Shown here: positions 9,002-17,579 of the stretch, one piece after another
Layout of the letters: each line of letters opens with the position of its first letter
Position numbering within the stretch: position 1 is the stretch's first letter
NCBI GenBank assembly: GCA_034436115.1
Contig: DAOTVY010000045.1
Location: 15,072 to 79,071 of the forward strand
Source of the DNA: Chloroflexia bacterium
Lineage (GTDB): Bacteria > Chloroflexota > Chloroflexia > DTKN01
DNA length: 64,000 nucleotides
Direction of reading: 5' to 3'
Program-made: the position numbers and the translations under genes
The notes under the pieces: model-generated
The model's database searches: none
What the model saw: only the letters and a program-made list of their open reading frames with translations
Told to the model about the DNA's origin: nothing

Positions 9002-10351
9002 ATGGCGCTCAGCGGACTGGAAATGTACAAGCTGCTTCCCAAAACAAACTGCAAGGAATGCGGTTTCCCCACCTGCCTCGCTTTCGCCATGAAGCTGGCC
9101 GCCAAACAGGCCGAACTGAGCGCCTGCCCATACGTCTCCGAAGAGGCGCGTCAGGCGCTGGCCGCGGCTGCCGCACCCCCGATCCGCCTCGTCTCCATCG
9201 GGACCGACCCGCACAAGGTTGAGGTCGGCAACGAAACCGTGCTCTTCCGCCACGAGAAGACCTTTTACCACGAACCGGGCATCTTTTTGCGGGTTCGGGA
9301 CACCCAGGAGCCGGCAACGATAGAAACCGCCGTGCGGGAGGCGCTGAGCTACAGCGTGGAACGGGTCGGCCTGGCCCTCGGCCTGAACGGCGTGGCCATT
9401 GAGAATGCCTCCGGTGACCCCGAAGCCTTCGCCCGGACGGTCCAGCAGGTACGGGCGCTCACCCAGAAGCCGTTCATCCTGATGGCGGAGGATCCGGCTG
9501 CGCTCAAAGCCGCGCTGGCCGTCGAGGGGGGCAAGCGGCCGCTGCTCTACGCCGCAACGAGCGCGAACTGGCAGGGGATGGCCGCGCTGGCCAAGGAGGC
9601 CGGCCTTCCCCTCGCGGTGCGCGACGGCGACCTCTCGACTCTCGCCGACCTGACCGAGAAGATCAAGGCCGCGGGCGTGGAAGACCTGGTGCTCGATCCG
9701 GGCACGCGAGGCATCCTGGAGAGCCTGCACGCCCTGACCGCTCTCCGCCGGCTGGCGCTGAAGAAGAACTTCCGTCCCCTCGGCTACCCGATCATTACCT
9801 TCCCGGGGGAGGGGGCCGAGGATCCGCTGGACGAGGCGGTCATCGCCGCCGAGCACGTGGCCAAGTACGCCGGCCTGATCGTGCTCGACCACTTCTCCCC
9901 TGCCCTCGTTTACCCGCTGCTCACGCTGCGCCTGAACATCTACACCGACCCGCAGAAGCCGATCCAGGTCTCCCCGGGCCTCTATGAGATCGGCTCGCCT
10001 GGGCCGCAGTCGCCGCTCATGATCACGACCAACTTCTCCCTGACCTACTTTACCGTGGCCGGCGAGGTGGAGGGAAGCGGCGTTCCCAGCTGGTTGCTCA
10101 TCGCCGACTCGGAGGGCATGAGCGTGCTCACCGCCTGGGCAGCGGGCAAGTTCGACGCCGAAAAGATCGCCAAGACGGTCAAGCAGTTCGATGCCGCAAG
10201 CAAAATCTCCCACCGCAAGTTGATCCTGCCCGGTTATGTTTCCTCCCTTCTGGGCGAGGTGGAAGACGAGCTTCAGGGCTGGGAGATCCTGGTCGGGCCG
10301 CGCGAGGCAGTCGACATCCCGAACTACCTGAAGAACGTGTGGCGACCGTGA
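9002..10351 (+). CDS. acsC: Corrinoid iron-sulfur protein large subunit (AcsC/CdhE) with N-terminal 4Fe-4S motif
   Basis: 449 aa. N-terminal CKECGFPTCLAFAMKL...CPY cysteine cluster. Family resemblance to CFeSP gamma subunits. Confidence 0.85.
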   Translation: MALSGLEMYKLLPKTNCKECGFPTCLAFAMKLAAKQAELSACPYVSEEARQALAAAAAPPIRLVSIGTDPHKVEVGNETVLFRHEKTFYHEPGIFLRVRDTQEPATIETAVREALSYSVERVGLALGLNGVAIENASGDPEAFARTVQQVRALTQKPFILMAEDPAALKAALAVEGGKRPLLYAATSANWQGMAALAKEAGLPLAVRDGDLSTLADLTEKIKAAGVEDLVLDPGTRGILESLHALTALRRLALKKNFRPLGYPIITFPGEGAEDPLDEAVIAAEHVAKYAGLIVLDHFSPALVYPLLTLRLNIYTDPQKPIQVSPGLYEIGSPGPQSPLMITTNFSLTYFTVAGEVEGSGVPSWLLIADSEGMSVLTAWAAGKFDAEKIAKTVKQFDAASKISHRKLILPGYVSSLLGEVEDELQGWEILVGPREAVDIPNYLKNVWRP

Positions 10352-10415
10352 CGTTTTCCGGGCGCGATGCGGGCGGCCCTTGGCCGCCCGCATCGGCTAC
10401 CGGGGGAGGAAGACG

Positions 10416-10619
10416 ATGGAGACACGGAGGCTGTACCGGTCGCGGAACGACCGCATGATCGCCGGTGTGTGCGGTGGACTGGCGCGCTACCTGGGCACGG
10501 ATCCCACCCTGGTGCGCGTCGTCTTTGCCCTGGCCAGCCTCTTCTTCCTGGGCATCGGCGGTGTGCTGGCCTACCTGGTGCTGTGGGCGATCGTGCCCGA
10601 AGAGCCGGCCGGCTTTTGA
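10416..10619 (+). CDS. pspC: PspC-domain membrane protein
   Basis: METRRLYRSRNDRMIAGVCGGLARYLGTDPTLVRVVFAL... matches the PspC N-terminal consensus (RS..D.mi.GVCGGlA.Y). Confidence 0.6.
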   Translation: METRRLYRSRNDRMIAGVCGGLARYLGTDPTLVRVVFALASLFFLGIGGVLAYLVLWAIVPEEPAGF

Positions 10620-10635
10620 GCGGCCGGAGGGCCCC

Positions 10636-11646
10636 GTGCCCTGCTCTATCCCTTTGGACGACCCCGCAGAGCAGCAGCAGGCCGCCCCCGCGCTCGATGT
10701 GATCGTCGTGTCCTGGAACGTGCGCGACTGGCTGGCTCTCTGTCTCCGTTCCCTGCGTCAGGCGCTCGAGAACCTCCCGGTGCGCGCACGCCTGCTGGTG
10801 GTGGACAATGCTTCCACGGACGGGAGCGTCGAGCTAGTTCAGCGCGAGTTCCCAGAGGTCGGGCTCCTAGCCCTGCCCGAGAACCAGGGTTTTGCGACCG
10901 CTGTGAACCAGGGGTTGCGCGCACTGGGTATCGGGCGCGAGCCGGGTTCGGACGCCGGCCAGAAGTGGCTTCTGCTGCTGAACGCCGATACGGAGATCGT
11001 CGGCTCTGCCGTTGCCGATCTGCTGGCCTGCGGTGTTGCTCACCCCGAGGCGGGCGTGGTCGGCCCCCGCTTGATCTCACCTGACGGCACCGTCCAATCC
11101 TCGAGACGTCGTTTCCCGACCCCGGCCACCCTCTTTTGGGAAAGCACCGTCCTCGAGCAGTATTTTCCCCGCAACCGCTGGGCGCGCCGCTACCGTATGG
11201 AAGACCAGCCGGACGACATCTTGCAGGAGGTGGACTGGTTGGTCGGCGCCTGCCTGCTTGTCCGGGCAAGGGCGATCGCGGACGCCGGATGGCTCGATGA
11301 GGGGTATTTCCTCTACTTCGAGGAGCTCGAGTGGTGTCAACGGGTCCGTCGCGCGGGGTGGCGGGTGCTCTACCTTCCCACCGCTCGCGTGATCCACCAC
11401 GGGGGAAAGAGCAGCGAACAGGTCCCCCTGCAACAACACCTCCAGTTCCAGCGGAGCAAGGTGCGGTACACGCGCCACACGTTTGGCCCCGGCCTGGCCG
11501 AGTGCCTGCGCCTTTTCCTGCTCGCTATGTATGCGTGGAAATGGGCCACAGAAGCGGGCAAACTGGCGCTAGGGCACCGGCCCACGCTGCGGCGTGAGCG
11601 CATGGGCATCTACGCTGCGTTGCTGAAGGATGGGTTAAGGGCATAG
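10636..11646 (+). CDS. Family 2 glycosyltransferase
   Basis: VIVVSWNVRDWL...VVDNASTDGS...LLLNADTE motifs. The first in-frame start after pspC is the GTG at 10636, so the start is uncertain. Confidence 0.6.
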   Translation: MPCSIPLDDPAEQQQAAPALDVIVVSWNVRDWLALCLRSLRQALENLPVRARLLVVDNASTDGSVELVQREFPEVGLLALPENQGFATAVNQGLRALGIGREPGSDAGQKWLLLLNADTEIVGSAVADLLACGVAHPEAGVVGPRLISPDGTVQSSRRRFPTPATLFWESTVLEQYFPRNRWARRYRMEDQPDDILQEVDWLVGACLLVRARAIADAGWLDEGYFLYFEELEWCQRVRRAGWRVLYLPTARVIHHGGKSSEQVPLQQHLQFQRSKVRYTRHTFGPGLAECLRLFLLAMYAWKWATEAGKLALGHRPTLRRERMGIYAALLKDGLRA

Positions 11647-11656
11647 GGGCCGTGGC

Positions 11657-12439
11657 TCAGTCTGCGGAGACGGTGCGCTGCATCCGGATCAGGTGCCAAT
11701 AGGCGAGGCCGGTATAGTAGGCCATCGCCGCGCAGAGATACAGCCCCAACCAACCGTCCCGATAACCCTTCAGGCCCACATAGCGCCGCCAGAACTCGCG
11801 CACCGGTTGCCCCAGGAGGCTGCGCGGGCGGGCGCGGACGCCCTTGCCCAGGAGCGTCTCGGCCTCTAGACGCGCGTAGCGGCGTTGCTTGGCCCAGAAC
11901 TCCGCCAACCGGTCGACATTGTAGTGGAGCAGATGCGCCGAGAGACACCCGGCCCGGCCTCGGAGGTGCACCACCTCGTGCACGCGCTGCACCTCCGGGT
12001 AATGGGCCCTTGCCTTCCAGAGCAGGCGCAACTGGTAGTCGGGATACCATCCGGCGTGGCGCACCGGCCGGCCGAAGAAAAAGTTTTGCCGCGGAATCCA
12101 GTAGCCCACCACGGCATCCGGGTCTTCCTGAGAAGGTTCCTCCTGTACAGCACGGGCGATTTCGCCGCATAGCTCCGGCGTGGCACGCTCGTCCGCATCC
12201 AGGAAAAAGACCCATGGGTACTGGCAGAGCGAAAGCGCCTGGTTGCGCAGATGCGCGAAGGACACGAACGGGACCTCGATCAGCCGGGCCCCCAGGCTAC
12301 GGGCGATTTCCGCCGTACGATCCTGGCTCTGCGGATCGAGGATGACCAGGAGCTCGTCGGCCACTCCCTGGACGCTTTCCAGACACCCGCCCAGGTAGCG
12401 TTCTTCGTCGCGGGCCGGGACGGCCACCGATAGCGGCAT
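11657..12439 (-). CDS. Family 2 glycosyltransferase
   Basis: MPLSVAVPARDEERYL...FFLDADE. GGAGG RBS upstream of the ATG at 12439. The ORF-track ORF extends further upstream. Confidence 0.6.
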   Translation of the reverse strand: MPLSVAVPARDEERYLGGCLESVQGVADELLVILDPQSQDRTAEIARSLGARLIEVPFVSFAHLRNQALSLCQYPWVFFLDADERATPELCGEIARAVQEEPSQEDPDAVVGYWIPRQNFFFGRPVRHAGWYPDYQLRLLWKARAHYPEVQRVHEVVHLRGRAGCLSAHLLHYNVDRLAEFWAKQRRYARLEAETLLGKGVRARPRSLLGQPVREFWRRYVGLKGYRDGWLGLYLCAAMAYYTGLAYWHLIRMQRTVSAD

Positions 12440-12461
12440 CGGACTCCTCCGAAAACGGCGG

Positions 12462-13427
12462 CTAGCGCAACGCCGCCACCTCCGCGTATGCCTCCAGGCG
12501 ACGTTGCAGCTGCTCGGCCGTGAGTTCCCCCCTGCGGTATGCGCGGCGGTCGCGCCGCGCCCTCCACCACAGCCCCAGGCGGGTGATCCCGCGATGTGCC
12601 CAAAGGAAAACGGGCGGGTAGTAGCGGTGGAAGAAGCGGTAGCGGCTCCGGTGCAGTTCCACAAACATCCGCTCGGGCATCTGGCGCGTGCTCTGCCCGC
12701 CCAGGTGGACAACGCGCGCCGCAGGGACATGCCACACCTCCCAGCCGGCGCGCTTCAGACGGTAGCACAGGTCGACTTCCTCCACGTACATGAAATACCC
12801 CTCGTCCAGCAGCCCGACCTGGGCCAGCGCCTCTCCCCGCACCAGCAGGCAGGCACCGAGCGGGTGGTCGATCGGGAACGGCTGGTCGCCATACATCTGG
12901 GGGTAGCGGCCGTTCAGGCGCGAACGGTAGATGCGGCCGTGAAGCGGGAAAAAGTCCAGGAACGACATCGCCAACGTGGGGAAGGTGAACGCGTTCTCTT
13001 GGAGCGAGCCATCGGGGTTGAGGAGCCGCGGGCCGGCCGCCCCGGCGCGAGGATGCGCTTCCAGGAAGGACACCAGCGCTTCCACGGCACCGGGCTGCAC
13101 CACGGTATCCGCGTTGAGCAGAAGGAACAAGCCCTCCACACGCCCAGGCGCTCCCCCAAGAGGTGGGCAGAGGGCCTTGAGCCCGGCGTTGCAGGCCGCG
13201 GCAAAGCCCCGGTTGGCCGGACAGCGGATCAGCTGCACCTCGGGGAAGTCGTGCTCCACCACCGCGACCCCTTCCGGGGAAGGGGAAGCATTGTCGACCA
13301 CCACAACGGTGGAAGGAAGCGTACAGGACCGCAGGGAAGCCAGACACCCGCGCAGAAGGTCGGGCGTGTTGTAGTGCACCACGACGATGCCCAGCGCGCC
13401 AGCCATCCGTCCGGCTCCAGAAAGCAT
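12462..13427 (-). CDS. Family 2 glycosyltransferase
   Basis: IVVVHYNTPDLL...VVVDNASP...LLLNADTVV. Alternative start at 13406 (MAGALG). Confidence 0.6.
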   Translation of the reverse strand: MLSGAGRMAGALGIVVVHYNTPDLLRGCLASLRSCTLPSTVVVVDNASPSPEGVAVVEHDFPEVQLIRCPANRGFAAACNAGLKALCPPLGGAPGRVEGLFLLLNADTVVQPGAVEALVSFLEAHPRAGAAGPRLLNPDGSLQENAFTFPTLAMSFLDFFPLHGRIYRSRLNGRYPQMYGDQPFPIDHPLGACLLVRGEALAQVGLLDEGYFMYVEEVDLCYRLKRAGWEVWHVPAARVVHLGGQSTRQMPERMFVELHRSRYRFFHRYYPPVFLWAHRGITRLGLWWRARRDRRAYRRGELTAEQLQRRLEAYAEVAALR

Positions 13428-13798
13428 TTTCGCCTATAATAGCACAAGAGCACGTCCTTCGCACGCACGAGCCCGGGCCAAGGGGCGTTCCTTCTACGGA
13501 GGTCGACCGGGGCTGGCCCGGACAATGGCCTCCTACATCGGATCTGGGAGCCTTGCCAAACGACCGACAAGCAACGGCACGGTTCGATCCCGCTGACCTC
13601 AACCCATCCATAGGAAGACCCGGGACCGCAAGAAGGCACCCCAAGAACCCCGTACACCCAGCTTCCTCCGCCGTCTAGGGTAAGAGATGCTCCTATCGGC
13701 GCCGATCGCGCCGCCCATTTCTCCCCGCAATGCCGGGAAGAAACGCCTACCTCAGGAGGGAGCGGGTGGGTCGCTCCGAACATCGGATGCCGTACCGC

Positions 13799-14593
13799 TC
13801 ATCGGTGTGCCGCAAGGTACCGATCGAACAGACTCTCCTCCACGGTGCCCAAGGAATTGGCGAGGAGGCTTCGATCGGCGATATCAACCACAGAAGGGAG
13901 ATCTGCGGTAAGCATACCAGGGTGAGCGTCCTCAAAAGGGCCCGGCGCCCTTGTCACGGTGCTACAAGAACCCGAGAGAAAGAAGCAGGCTGTCCGATAG
14001 ACGGAGCGGTTGATTTCATAGGCCGGGGTCAGGGCACCCAGACACAGACAAACGATGAGAAACGCCCGAAGCCACCGGGAGGTCCCGAGGCACGATATGG
14101 CTTCACCCACCCAAACCATCAGATGGATCAGCGCAGGGATTGAAGCGCGCATCATAAAATCGAACCCCCGGCCAATCCGAATGAAAGGAAAGGCAAACAA
14201 AGCCAGGCCCGCGAGATACCAGGCCGGGTCCTTGCGCTGACGTCCGCCGAGGCACGCCCAGACCACGCCGCCCTCCAGCAAGATGACCGAAAGGGCCAGA
14301 ATCGGGTTCAGGCAGTGCCAACCTCGCACCTGGGCGCCGCGGTTCGCCGAGAAGAAAACAAGTGCGATCACTCCGACCAGGCCTCCCACGACGTGGAGCG
14401 GGCTTAAGGCGCGGGTGAAAGCCTTGCCAAGCGATCTTTCCTGCTCTCGCTGCCTCCACGTCTGCTTCGCAAACTCCAGCGCTACGAAAGGCAGCAAGCC
14501 GACTCCCGGAAGCGGGGCAAGAAAGAAGCACAACCCCCAAAGGAAAACGAGGTGGCTTCTCGGTGGCCGGTTGACCAACAGTGCGGTGCACAC
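13799..14593 (-). CDS. Polytopic membrane protein, C-terminal portion (Wzy/O-antigen-ligase-like?); this frame opens with GTG directly after a TGA
   Basis: Highly hydrophobic translation. It is continuous in sense, but not in frame, with the ORF immediately upstream. See the linked finding. Confidence 0.4.
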   Translation of the reverse strand: MCTALLVNRPPRSHLVFLWGLCFFLAPLPGVGLLPFVALEFAKQTWRQREQERSLGKAFTRALSPLHVVGGLVGVIALVFFSANRGAQVRGWHCLNPILALSVILLEGGVVWACLGGRQRKDPAWYLAGLALFAFPFIRIGRGFDFMMRASIPALIHLMVWVGEAISCLGTSRWLRAFLIVCLCLGALTPAYEINRSVYRTACFFLSGSCSTVTRAPGPFEDAHPGMLTADLPSVVDIADRSLLANSLGTVEESLFDRYLAAHR

Positions 14594-15276
14594 TCAGGCC
14601 GGGACCGCCTGATTGTATACCCAGAAGAGCTGCGTCGTGAACGAGGAATACCGCGGCCCCATGGCCCACGCCTCCAAATGCTGGACCGGTGGCCAAAGCG
14701 AGGGGTACCTGCCCCGAACAAACAACAGGATTGCCAGGGATCCATGCTACTAAAGAAGATCCACAGCAAGGCTGCGTTCCATAGCGGCCAGCGCAGCCTC
14801 TGCCCCAGGAGCAACCCGGCCAGCACCACCCCCGCCCACGTCCACACAAAGAGGGCTGCGTTCGCAGCTTCCCACCCCAGCCATTTCCCCACCAGTGCCG
14901 CAGGCAGCCAGTGCCCGAAATAGTACACCAGCATCTGAGGTGAGCCGCCCACCGTTTCGCGGTACACCACGGGCCAGGAATAGTTCACCAGGTCCCGGAG
15001 CACCGCGTTGCGGCAATAGTGGTCGGAGTTCTGGAATGCGTAGCCCCCCACGCCGGAAAGCCAGGCCCAAAGGGCGAGAAGCAAGAGCCCGCCCAGGATC
15101 CCCCGGCGCTCTAACCGCGAGTCGCCTTGCCGCTCCCGCCACACCTGGATCAGCGCCAGGACGACCACCAGGGCGCAAATCAGCCCGAGCCAGAGACGCA
15201 GCCAGGTCAGGAGGAAAATCAGCACCGGAAGAGCCAGATACAGGAAACTCACCCGGTACAGCAAGCGGGAAGACAT
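14482..15276 (-). CDS. Polytopic membrane protein, N-terminal portion (Wzy/O-antigen-ligase-like?)
   Basis: ATG at 15276 with GGAGGG RBS. The first ~180 residues form about 6 TM helices. The remaining ~85 codons of this frame read as Arg/Gly/Ser-rich nonsense. Confidence 0.45.
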   Translation of the reverse strand: MSSRLLYRVSFLYLALPVLIFLLTWLRLWLGLICALVVVLALIQVWRERQGDSRLERRGILGGLLLLALWAWLSGVGGYAFQNSDHYCRNAVLRDLVNYSWPVVYRETVGGSPQMLVYYFGHWLPAALVGKWLGWEAANAALFVWTWAGVVLAGLLLGQRLRWPLWNAALLWIFFSSMDPWQSCCLFGAGTPRFGHRSSIWRRGPWGRGIPRSRRSSSGYTIRRSRPECAPHCWSTGHREATSFSFGGCASFLPRFRESACCLS

Positions 15277-15410
15277 GGTACCCTCCACCACGACAGGCCG
15301 GCTTGGCGAAGCACAGCCGTCCCACACCCGATCCCCAAAAGCGCTGGCCCTGTGCCCGACGTTCTGATAACTTCTGGCCCGGCGCTTGTCAATGGCACGA
15401 GCATTCCGGT

Positions 15411-15439
15411 TTGACAACCTCCCCTTTTTCCCCTATAAT
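15411..15439 (+). promoter_or_regulatory. Consensus sigma-70 promoter TTGACA-N17-TATAAT driving tRNA-Glu
   Basis: Perfect -35 and -10 hexamers with 17-nt spacer. The -10 ends 12 nt before tRNA position 1. Confidence 0.55.
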
Positions 15440-15451
15440 GCATTGCCAGAC

Positions 15452-15525
15452 GGCCCCATCGTCTAGTGGCCTAGGACGCAGCCCTCTCAAGGCTGAGATC
15501 GGGGGTTCGAATCCCCCTGGGGCTA
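15452..15525 (+). tRNA. tRNA-Glu (anticodon CUC)
   Basis: Cloverleaf folded by hand. Acceptor GGCCCCA/UGGGGCU with discriminator A. D-arm GTCT...; anticodon stem CAGCC/GGCTG with loop CUCUCAA (U33, anticodon CUC, A37). T-arm GGGGG-TTCGAAT-CCCCC. No encoded CCA. Followed by a short GC stem and a T-rich run. Confidence 0.85.
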
Positions 15526-15605
15526 CTTTCGCCGGGTGGGAAGCTGCCCGGTTTGCTATTCTCGTTGCCTCCCTACACCAGGGGCCGGAACGCCCTGAAG
15601 GAAAG

Positions 15606-15716
15606 AGGCCCCGCCACGTCCTGTTGAGCTTCTGTGCGGGATGTTATATAGTGCGCAGAACTCCGTGGCATGTAGGCGAGGCCCAGCCACGCCCTGTTGA
15701 GCTTCTGTGCGGGATG
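15606..15716 (+). repeat. Two copies of a 38-bp direct repeat (AGGCCCNGCCACGYCCTGTTGAGCTTCTGTGCGGGATG; 36 of 38 identical) separated by 35 bp, between tRNA-Glu and tal
   Basis: Copies at 15606-15643 and 15679-15716, read directly. The flanks diverge immediately outside the repeat. Confidence 0.6.
15624..15652 (+). promoter_or_regulatory. Promoter TTGAGC-N17-TATAGT whose -35 lies inside repeat copy 1; likely tal-glpX promoter
   Basis: Hexamers with 17-nt spacing. Copy 2 carries the same TTGAGC but no -10. Confidence 0.35.
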
Positions 15717-15819
15717 GGAAGCGACCGGCCCGGAACAGGTTGCGTTCACCCGTCGCCTCGTGTACAATGCAGGCCACCTTGCTAGGAAGTCGACCGCAGA
15801 GCGAAGTGGAGGTCGGCCG

Positions 15820-16563
15820 ATGGAGATCTACCTCGATACCGCAAACGTGGAGCAGATCCGGCATGCCGCCCGCCTGGGGATCATCAGCGGGGTGACCACC
15901 AACCCCTCGCTGATGGCCCGGGAGAAAGGGGCCGACTACCAGGCGACGGTCCAGGAGATCTGCCGCATCGTCCAGGGCCCGATCAGCGCCGAGGTGCTCA
16001 GCCTGGAGCCGGACGCCATCGTGGAAGAGGCGTTACACATCGCTACCTGGTCTCCCTACGTGGTGATCAAAGTCCCTATCCTTCCCCAGGGACTGGAGGC
16101 GATCTATCGGCTGAGCCAGACCTATGCGGATGCCAATCGCGTCTGCACCGGTTGCCCCCACCAGAAAGATTGCCCTACCGGCGTGGAGGCGGCGCGCGAA
16201 ATGGTGAGCAGCACGCCGATCAGCACCAACGCCACCCTCTGCTTTTCCACGAACCAGGGGTTGCTCGCCGCTACCGCTGGCGCAACCTACGTTTCCCCCT
16301 TTGTTGGGCGCCTGGACGACATCGGGCACAACGGCATGGAACTGGTGGCCAGCCTGGCCGAGATCTTTGACCGCTACGAGATCGCCACGCGGATCATCGC
16401 CGCCAGCATCCGCCACCCCTTGCACATCACCCAGGCGGCCCGTGCGGGAGCCCACATCGCCACGGTTCCCTATGACGTGCTCATGAAAGCCATCCACCAC
16501 CCGCTGACCGATATCGGAGTGGAACGCTTCCTGGCGGACTGGCAAAAGGCCAGAGGCGGCTAG
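15820..16563 (+). CDS. tal: Transaldolase / fructose-6-phosphate aldolase family enzyme with a ~33-aa Cys-containing insertion
   Basis: MEIYLDTANVEQIRHAARLGIISGVTTNPSL closely matches Fsa/TalC-type transaldolases. The insert TYADANRVCTGCPHQKDCPTGVEAAREMVSSTP is absent from canonical ~215-aa members. Confidence 0.8.
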   Translation: MEIYLDTANVEQIRHAARLGIISGVTTNPSLMAREKGADYQATVQEICRIVQGPISAEVLSLEPDAIVEEALHIATWSPYVVIKVPILPQGLEAIYRLSQTYADANRVCTGCPHQKDCPTGVEAAREMVSSTPISTNATLCFSTNQGLLAATAGATYVSPFVGRLDDIGHNGMELVASLAEIFDRYEIATRIIAASIRHPLHITQAARAGAHIATVPYDVLMKAIHHPLTDIGVERFLADWQKARGG

Positions 16564-16574
16564 CGGAGGATCCG

Positions 16575-17567
16575 ATGGCCCACATGGAGCGCAACCTGGG
16601 CTTCGAGCTCGTTCGGGCGACCGAGGCCGCGGCGCTGCAGGCCGCACGCTGGATGGGACGAGGCGATCGCGATGCCTGCGACCGGGCAGCGGTCAACGCG
16701 ATGCGCTTTGTGCTCAGCAGCATCGCCATGGACGGTACCGTGATCATCGGCGAAGGGGAAAAGGATCGGGCCCCGATGCTCTACTTTGGGGAGCGGCTGG
16801 GCACCGGCTCGCCCCCGGAAGTCGATATCGCCGTCGATCCGGTGGAAGGGACCTCGTTACTCGCACACGGTCTGCCCGGGGCGATCTCGGTGGTCGCAGT
16901 GGCGGACCGGGGCTCCCTTTTTGGCTGCCGGGAAATTGTCTATGCCGACAAGATCGCCGCGAGCGAGGAAGTTCGGGGGAAGGTCGACCTGAACGCATCC
17001 GTCGCCGAGAACATCCGCGCGGTGGCGAAAGCCAAAGGGATGGACATGGACGACCTGACGGTCGTCGTGCTGGATCGGCCGCGCCACGCGGAACTGATCC
17101 GCGAAATCCGGGCCACCGGTGCGCGGATCCGCCTGATTCCCCACGGAGATGTCGCCGCGGCAATCCAGGCCATGCTCCCAGATAGCGGTATCGACCTCCT
17201 GATGGGCATCGGAGGTGCACCGGAGGCGGTGCTGGCCGCCTGTGCCGCCCGCTGCCTGAACGGCGAGTTCCTGTGCCGCCTCTGGCCCCGGGACGAAAAG
17301 GAACGAGCGGCGGCCTGTGCGGCCGGTTTGGACCTGGAACGCGTGCTGACCGTGGACGACCTGGTACGGAGCGACGATGTGTTCTTCGCCGCAACCGGTA
17401 TCACGAGCGGAGAACTGCTGCAAGGGGTGCGCTTCTCGGGACGAGGCGCAACCACCCACTCGCTCGTGATGCGCTCCGCTTCGGGGACGATCCGCTATGT
17501 CCAGGCGACCCACCGTTGGGACAAGCTGATGCGCATCTCGGATCTCCCCTTCGACCGGAGCGTCTAG
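16575..17567 (+). CDS. glpX: Fructose-1,6-bisphosphatase class II
   Basis: 330 aa. VTEAAALAARWMGRGD...TVIIGEGEKDRAPMLYFGERLGTG matches GlpX closely. Confidence 0.85.
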   Translation: MAHMERNLGFELVRATEAAALQAARWMGRGDRDACDRAAVNAMRFVLSSIAMDGTVIIGEGEKDRAPMLYFGERLGTGSPPEVDIAVDPVEGTSLLAHGLPGAISVVAVADRGSLFGCREIVYADKIAASEEVRGKVDLNASVAENIRAVAKAKGMDMDDLTVVVLDRPRHAELIREIRATGARIRLIPHGDVAAAIQAMLPDSGIDLLMGIGGAPEAVLAACAARCLNGEFLCRLWPRDEKERAAACAAGLDLERVLTVDDLVRSDDVFFAATGITSGELLQGVRFSGRGATTHSLVMRSASGTIRYVQATHRWDKLMRISDLPFDRSV

Positions 17568-17579
17568 CGCGGTAAGGCT

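Noticed and set aside
8696-10393. 565-aa minus-strand ORF over acsC
   Set aside because: Antisense to the CFeSP large subunit. Low-complexity composition.
13570-13595. tRNA-like T-loop sequence GGTTCGATCCCG in the GT / membrane-protein intergenic region
   Set aside because: No complementary T-stem or acceptor stem could be folded around it. Probably a chance match.
15606-15716. Possible mini-CRISPR array
   Set aside because: Only two repeat copies, 38-bp repeats with 35-bp spacing, no cas genes and no leader-like AT-rich region. More consistent with a regulatory direct repeat or promoter duplication.
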